From positions 53,838-117,837 of the forward strand of contig JACPNG010000009.1 in assembly GCA_016185605.1 (NCBI GenBank): a stretch of 64,000 bases of DNA. The letters are read 5' to 3'. Below the pieces are notes generated by a model. The model ran no database searches, had not been told where the DNA came from, and saw nothing but the letters and a program-made list of their open reading frames with translations. Origin of the DNA: Candidatus Woesearchaeota archaeon (GTDB lineage: Archaea; Nanobdellota; Nanobdellia; SCGC-AAA011-G17; JACPNG01). Each line of letters opens with the position of its first letter. Within the stretch, counting starts at the first letter, position 1. The translations under genes and the position numbers were made by a program. Positions 59,320 through 64,000 of the stretch are shown one piece after another.

Positions 59320-60542
59320 TTGAATACTCCCTTGACTTTTTCCAATGTTTCAGCTAAATAATCAATCTCTTCCTTTGTATTGTAAAAATAAAAGCTTGCC
59401 CTTGTTGATCCAGTCAATCCCATTAATTTCATGGTCGGCATTACACAATGATGGCCCCCTCTAACAGCAATCCCATAATCATCCAATAACGAAGTAGTGT
59501 CATGAGGATGAATATTAATTAAATTAAACGAGATTAAAGAACCTCTTTTTTCAGGATTTAATGGGCCGTAAATCTCAAGATTTTTTATTTCTGATAATCT
59601 CTTTAATGCATATCCTGTTAATTCATTGGAATAATTTTTTATGTTTTCCATTCCTATTTTATTTAAGTAATCAATACTAGCTCCAAAACCAATTGCACCA
59701 GCAACATTGGGGGTTCCAGCCTCGAACTTCCATGGCAATTCATTGAATTTAGTATCATCAAATCTTACTTCCAAGATCATATCTCCCCCATAGTTAAACG
59801 GCTCCATCTCTTCTAATAATTCCTTTTTTCCATACAACGCTCCAATCCCCATTGGACCCAGCATCTTATGGGATGAAAATGCCAAAAAATCACAATCAAT
59901 ATTCTTGACATCTATTGGCATATGGGGAACAGACTGCGCTCCATCCAGAACAAATAACGAATTATTTTCATGCGCTATTTTTCCAATTTCTTTAACTGGG
60001 TTTATTGTTCCCAGAAAATTTGAGGTGTGAACGCAAGAAACTATTTTTGTTTTTTTACTTAGTTTAATATCATCTAAATCTAAAGTTCCGTCATTTTTTA
60101 TTTTTATATAATTAAGCTTAAATCCAAAGCTCTTTGCTATTTGCTGCCATGGAACCAAATTAGAATGATGCTCCATCTGGGTTATTAAGATTTCATCTCC
60201 TTTTTTCAGCTTAGATGATAGTGAATATGCCAATAAGTTTATTGATTCTGTTGTTCCTTTTGTGAATATTAACTCCTGAAAATCAGCATTGATGAAATCA
60301 GCAACCTTCTCATGGGATTCCTCAAATTTTACTGTTGCCTCTTCGCTTAGCTTATGCAATCCCCTATGGACATTTGAATTATAATTTGTGTAATAATCTG
60401 TTATTGCATCTATTACTTGCATAGGCTTCTGGGTTGTTGCGGAATTATCCAGGTAAACTAATTGCTTATTATTTATCTTTCTGGACAAAATCGGAAAATC
60501 TTCTCTTAATCTCTCAATTTTATTTTTTGTTATATTTATCAT
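59316..60542 (-). CDS. sufS: Cysteine desulfurase SufS
   Basis: YLDNSATTQKP, MEHHSN, SSHKM, EAGTP, RGGHHC. Confidence 0.96.
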   Translation of the reverse strand: MINITKNKIERLREDFPILSRKINNKQLVYLDNSATTQKPMQVIDAITDYYTNYNSNVHRGLHKLSEEATVKFEESHEKVADFINADFQELIFTKGTTESINLLAYSLSSKLKKGDEILITQMEHHSNLVPWQQIAKSFGFKLNYIKIKNDGTLDLDDIKLSKKTKIVSCVHTSNFLGTINPVKEIGKIAHENNSLFVLDGAQSVPHMPIDVKNIDCDFLAFSSHKMLGPMGIGALYGKKELLEEMEPFNYGGDMILEVRFDDTKFNELPWKFEAGTPNVAGAIGFGASIDYLNKIGMENIKNYSNELTGYALKRLSEIKNLEIYGPLNPEKRGSLISFNLINIHPHDTTSLLDDYGIAVRGGHHCVMPTMKLMGLTGSTRASFYFYNTKEEIDYLAETLEKVKGVFK

Positions 60543-61720
60543 ATTGGCTTTGCTCCTATTAAATTCCTTAATTCATTTCTTATATTTTCATTTCCTATTT
60601 TGCAGATAAAAGAGTCAAAAAATCCATCTACAATTAATCTTTTGGCATCTTTCTCTTCCAAGCCACGAGACTTTAAATAAAATAATTTCTCATTATCTAT
60701 CTGAGAAACTGTTGCTCCATGGGTGCATCTTACATTGTGATTGTTAATTTCTAAATTCGGAATAGGATCAACTTCAGCTTCTTTGCTCAATAATAATGTG
60801 TCTTCCTTTTGATATCCGTTTGAGCCATTGGCATTTGACTCTATTCTTACCAAGCCGCGGCATATTGCCTTTGATTTATTGTTTAACGCTCCCTTTGTCA
60901 GCATATCACTTGTTGTGTTGGGAGCATTATGGATTGTATTAAAACAAAGGTCGAAATTCTGCTTATTGGCTCCGAAAAATAAGCTATAGTTATTTGACAC
61001 AGATCCTTGGCCGTTTAATAAGCTTGTGACATCTGACAATGTAAATGAGCTTCCAAGATAACAGTCTATCCAGTCAAAATTGCAGTCTCTTGACACATTT
61101 GATTTTCTTGTAACTAGATTAACTGTTTCTTCGCTCAGATTTTGTATTGTTGAAAAATTAACCTTGGAATTGTCATCGACAAATATCTCTATTATTTCAG
61201 AGTAGAATAATTTTCCCTTATTATTCTTAGTCTGGATTATATTGGCTTTGACATTCTTTTCAGCTACAATTAAAACAGTGTCAAATTGCGTGTTTGTTTC
61301 CAGATTAAGATTTAAATGAACAGAATCATTAATTTCAATGTTTTTCGGAATATAAACAAAAATTCCCCTTCCGAAAATAGCCTTGTGCAATAATGTGAAT
61401 TTATTATTTTTTATTGAGGTCATGAAATATTTTTTTATTAAACTGCTATAATTATTATTTTGCAACGCCTCCTGAAAGGGCAATACAATTATATTGTCAT
61501 TTTCCAGTTTAACTGAATTTGTTACTTGATTTAGGGCATTAACATCATTGAAATTTATCCTGCTTGTGTCTGTAACAACAGACATGCTGTATTTTAATTC
61601 AGGCATTTTTGTTTTGTTAAACTCATCTAATGCTTTTAATCTAATGTCAAGAAGCCATCTAGGTTCATTCAAGTTTCTAGATAAATCTCTTACAATCTCT
61701 TCCTTGATTATTTGCGTCAT
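60539..61720 (-). CDS. sufD: Fe-S assembly protein SufD
   Basis: PNLEI...V.CTHGATV, FYLKSRG; follows sufB. Confidence 0.9.
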   Translation of the reverse strand: MTQIIKEEIVRDLSRNLNEPRWLLDIRLKALDEFNKTKMPELKYSMSVVTDTSRINFNDVNALNQVTNSVKLENDNIIVLPFQEALQNNNYSSLIKKYFMTSIKNNKFTLLHKAIFGRGIFVYIPKNIEINDSVHLNLNLETNTQFDTVLIVAEKNVKANIIQTKNNKGKLFYSEIIEIFVDDNSKVNFSTIQNLSEETVNLVTRKSNVSRDCNFDWIDCYLGSSFTLSDVTSLLNGQGSVSNNYSLFFGANKQNFDLCFNTIHNAPNTTSDMLTKGALNNKSKAICRGLVRIESNANGSNGYQKEDTLLLSKEAEVDPIPNLEINNHNVRCTHGATVSQIDNEKLFYLKSRGLEEKDAKRLIVDGFFDSFICKIGNENIRNELRNLIGAKPI

Positions 61721-61754
61721 AAATCTCACTAATCCTTACCACCATCTTTATAAT

Positions 61755-63161
61755 TTAACCCAAAGAACCTTCCAATTCCAATTCAATTAATCTGTTAAAC
61801 TCAATAGCATATTCTAATGGCAGTTGTTTTGATACTGGTTCCATAAATCCCCTAACAATCATCTTTGTTGCTTCCTCTTCAGATAATCCTCTACTCATTA
61901 GATAGAATATCTGATCCTGGCCTATTTTTCCAACTGTAGCTTCATGAGCAATGTCAACATTCTCATTTTCTTTTACTTCCATTGTCGGAAATGTATTTGA
62001 TTTTGATTTATTGTCCATCATTAATGCATCACATTGGACTTTTGATTTTACATTCTTTGCTCCCTTTACAACTTTCAATAATCCTCTATAAGATGTTACT
62101 CCGCCATCTTTGGATATTGATTTTGAAACTACTGTAGAGCTTGTATTAGATGCTAAATGAATGACTTTCATTCCAGTATCTTGGTTTTGGCCTTCTCCTG
62201 CATAAGCTATTCCAATGGCTTCGCATCTTGCTCCTTGTTCCATTAAAACACTGCTCGGATAGAGCATTGTTACATGAGACCCAGTATTTCCGTTTATCCA
62301 TTCTATTGTTCCATTTCCATAAACAATAGCTCTTTTTGTATTTAAGTTAAAAGTCTGTTTGCTCCATGATTCCATTGAGGTGTATCTTGCTCTGGCATTT
62401 TTTTTAACATATATTTCAACGCAACCAGCATGTAAATTAAACGCATCTCTATATAATGGATTGCTGCAACCTTCGATATATTGAACTTCAGCTCCCTCAT
62501 CAACAATGATTAATGTATGTTCAAACTGGCCCCCTTTCTTAGCATTCATCCTAAAGTAAGCTTGTAATGGAACATTAACTTTTACATTCTTTGGAACATA
62601 AATGAATGTTCCTCCAGACCATACAGCAGCATGAAGCATAGCAAATTTATGATCATTTATCGGAACACACCTTGTCATAAAATATTCTTTTACTAAATCT
62701 GGATATTTCTTTAGAGCTTCATCCATGTCCTCAAATATAACTCCTTTCTTAGCCCACTCCTCTTTTAAGTTATGATAAGCTGTTATGCTTTCATATTGAG
62801 AACCAGCTCCTGCTAAAGAATTCTTTTCAGCCTCTGGAATTCCCAATCTTTCAAATGTTCTTCTTATATCTTCAGGAACATCCTCCCATTTGGTAGCATG
62901 GGATTTTTCATCTGGATTAATATAATAAGTTATCTCATCTAAATTTAAAGAGGATAAATCGGGACCCCAGCCTGGCATTTTTGTTTCTGAAAAGAATTTT
63001 AATCCTTGTAACCTTTTTTTTAGCATCCACTCCGGCTCATTCTTTGAAGATGAGATTTTTTTTACAACTTCTTCGTTAATTCCCGGCAGAGTTTTATCTA
63101 CAAACCTTTCTTCATTAGCATGATCAAATATTTCTCTTGTAATCTCAATTGCTTCTGCCAT
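61755..63161 (-). CDS. sufB: Fe-S assembly protein SufB
   Basis: WEDVPEDI..TFERLGIPEAE, AVWSGG, GQFEHTLI, YIEGC, HEATVGKI, FYLMSRG; ATG at 63161 follows GGTGGTGG. Confidence 0.96.
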   Translation of the reverse strand: MAEAIEITREIFDHANEERFVDKTLPGINEEVVKKISSSKNEPEWMLKKRLQGLKFFSETKMPGWGPDLSSLNLDEITYYINPDEKSHATKWEDVPEDIRRTFERLGIPEAEKNSLAGAGSQYESITAYHNLKEEWAKKGVIFEDMDEALKKYPDLVKEYFMTRCVPINDHKFAMLHAAVWSGGTFIYVPKNVKVNVPLQAYFRMNAKKGGQFEHTLIIVDEGAEVQYIEGCSNPLYRDAFNLHAGCVEIYVKKNARARYTSMESWSKQTFNLNTKRAIVYGNGTIEWINGNTGSHVTMLYPSSVLMEQGARCEAIGIAYAGEGQNQDTGMKVIHLASNTSSTVVSKSISKDGGVTSYRGLLKVVKGAKNVKSKVQCDALMMDNKSKSNTFPTMEVKENENVDIAHEATVGKIGQDQIFYLMSRGLSEEEATKMIVRGFMEPVSKQLPLEYAIEFNRLIELELEGSLG

Positions 63162-63185
63162 TTCCACCACCACCTCACAAAAAAA

Positions 63186-63746
63186 TTAACTAAATGAACT
63201 TCCACACCCGCATGTTGATTTTGCATTAGGATTAGTTATCTTAAATCCAGATTCATGCAATCCATCCAGGTAATCTATATTTAATCCACTTAACATCTCC
63301 AAATGTTCATTGTCAACAAACACCTTTAATCCGTCATATTCTATTACCTTGTCATTTTCCCTTTGCTCGTCAAAAGTTAGGTCATATGAAAATCCAGAGC
63401 AGCCTCCAGAAACTATTCCTACTCTTAATCCTTGTTCCTTTGTCCCTTCTTGTGATATTAATTCCTTTACTTTCTTAACAGCTTTTTCAGTCAATTTTAT
63501 GTCTTCTACTTCATTAATAGATTCATTTAAAGCAGCTTCATTTACCCTTTCAAGCATCTCCTCAAATACCTCTTTAGGCATTCCATGTCCCATAGAACCT
63601 TGCTCTATTGTTTCCATTGTGTTTACATGACAGCCAACGCAATGCAGTCCATACTCTGTCAATGTTCCTATGACTTGAGGATATTTTTCTACAATTTCTC
63701 CTACAGTCATATCCTTTGTAATAACATATTGTTTTGTTTCTTGCAT
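63186..63746 (-). CDS. DUF1858 domain fused to an IscA/SufA (HesB) A-type carrier
   Basis: N-terminal ITKDMTVGE...GLHCVGC...ETIEQG...HG; C-terminal GGCSG...NPNA..TCGCGSSF. Confidence 0.9.
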   Translation of the reverse strand: MQETKQYVITKDMTVGEIVEKYPQVIGTLTEYGLHCVGCHVNTMETIEQGSMGHGMPKEVFEEMLERVNEAALNESINEVEDIKLTEKAVKKVKELISQEGTKEQGLRVGIVSGGCSGFSYDLTFDEQRENDKVIEYDGLKVFVDNEHLEMLSGLNIDYLDGLHESGFKITNPNAKSTCGCGSSFS

Positions 63747-63755
63747 TTTTACCCC

Positions 63756-64000
63756 CTAACTCATTAATTTTGGATCGCAAGCCTCGCATAAATCGCAATT
63801 TTCAGGAAGCTTGACGAATTTCCTATGAATATCGCATATTAACTGCTCCTTTCTTATTAATAGTATAATATTCTGGACTTCTCTTATTAAATCATTTTGG
63901 TTCTTTATTTTTTTGGAAGATTCTTTTACTGCTGATTCGATTTTTTTATTGAATTCTATTGTATTAGCCCTTTTATTATTAATATACTGGGAGACTGTTG
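63756..64000 (-). CDS. HTH regulator (COG2522-like) with C-terminal Cys/His cluster; 5' end off the window
   Basis: Manual translation: ...TVSQYINNKRA...LICDIHRKFVKLPENCDLCEACDPKLMS*; SQY...KR is the HTH end. Confidence 0.72.
   Translation of the reverse strand, partial: TVSQYINNKRANTIEFNKKIESAVKESSKKIKNQNDLIREVQNIILLIRKEQLICDIHRKFVKLPENCDLCEACDPKLMS

Noticed and set aside
63574-63798. 74-aa minus-strand ORF
   Set aside because: It overlaps the DUF1858-IscA gene and the upstream regulator in another frame; both of those are better supported.
1-64000. tRNA/rRNA genes, integrase, prophage
   Set aside because: No GC-rich cloverleaf or rRNA-like stretch and no recombinase or virion genes were recognised; a tRNAscan/Infernal run would be needed to exclude small RNAs.

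Overview
An AT-rich archaeal chromosome segment. GatD, a TrmB-family regulator, an archaeal ATP-dependent DNA ligase and an archaeal-type FtsZ point to Archaea; the surface-protein style suggests a DPANN (Woesearchaeota/Pacearchaeota-like) host, which is an inference. Four blocks: (1) 1-7.5 kb housekeeping genes plus a decayed nucleotidyltransferase toxin-antitoxin (TA) remnant; (2) about 9-44.5 kb, a visibly more AT-rich surface-glycan island with GT2/GT4/GT9 and GT-C-like transferases, Wzm/Wzt, a coiled-coil ruler-like protein, three RfaE/HldE-type nucleotidyltransferase domains (both genes frameshifted), five radical SAM enzymes (three of B12-binding type) and an SxtJ-carbamoyltransferase-DUF5989 trio, closed by an AbiE-type TA pair; (3) 46-54 kb, a five-gene cell-surface operon: tandem-HTH regulator, large Ig/cadherin protein, small secreted paralog of its C-terminal module, membrane-anchored Ig protein and a TSP3 adhesin. 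Its layout recalls Gram-positive WxL/Csc surface complexes and it is the best candidate for an undescribed system; (4) 54-64 kb: wHTH regulator, YyaL, nth, Fic and a bacterial-style SUF operon headed by a Cys/His-tailed HTH regulator. No rRNA, tRNA, CRISPR array, integrase or transposase was seen. All family calls come from motif recognition by eye; no database searches were run.
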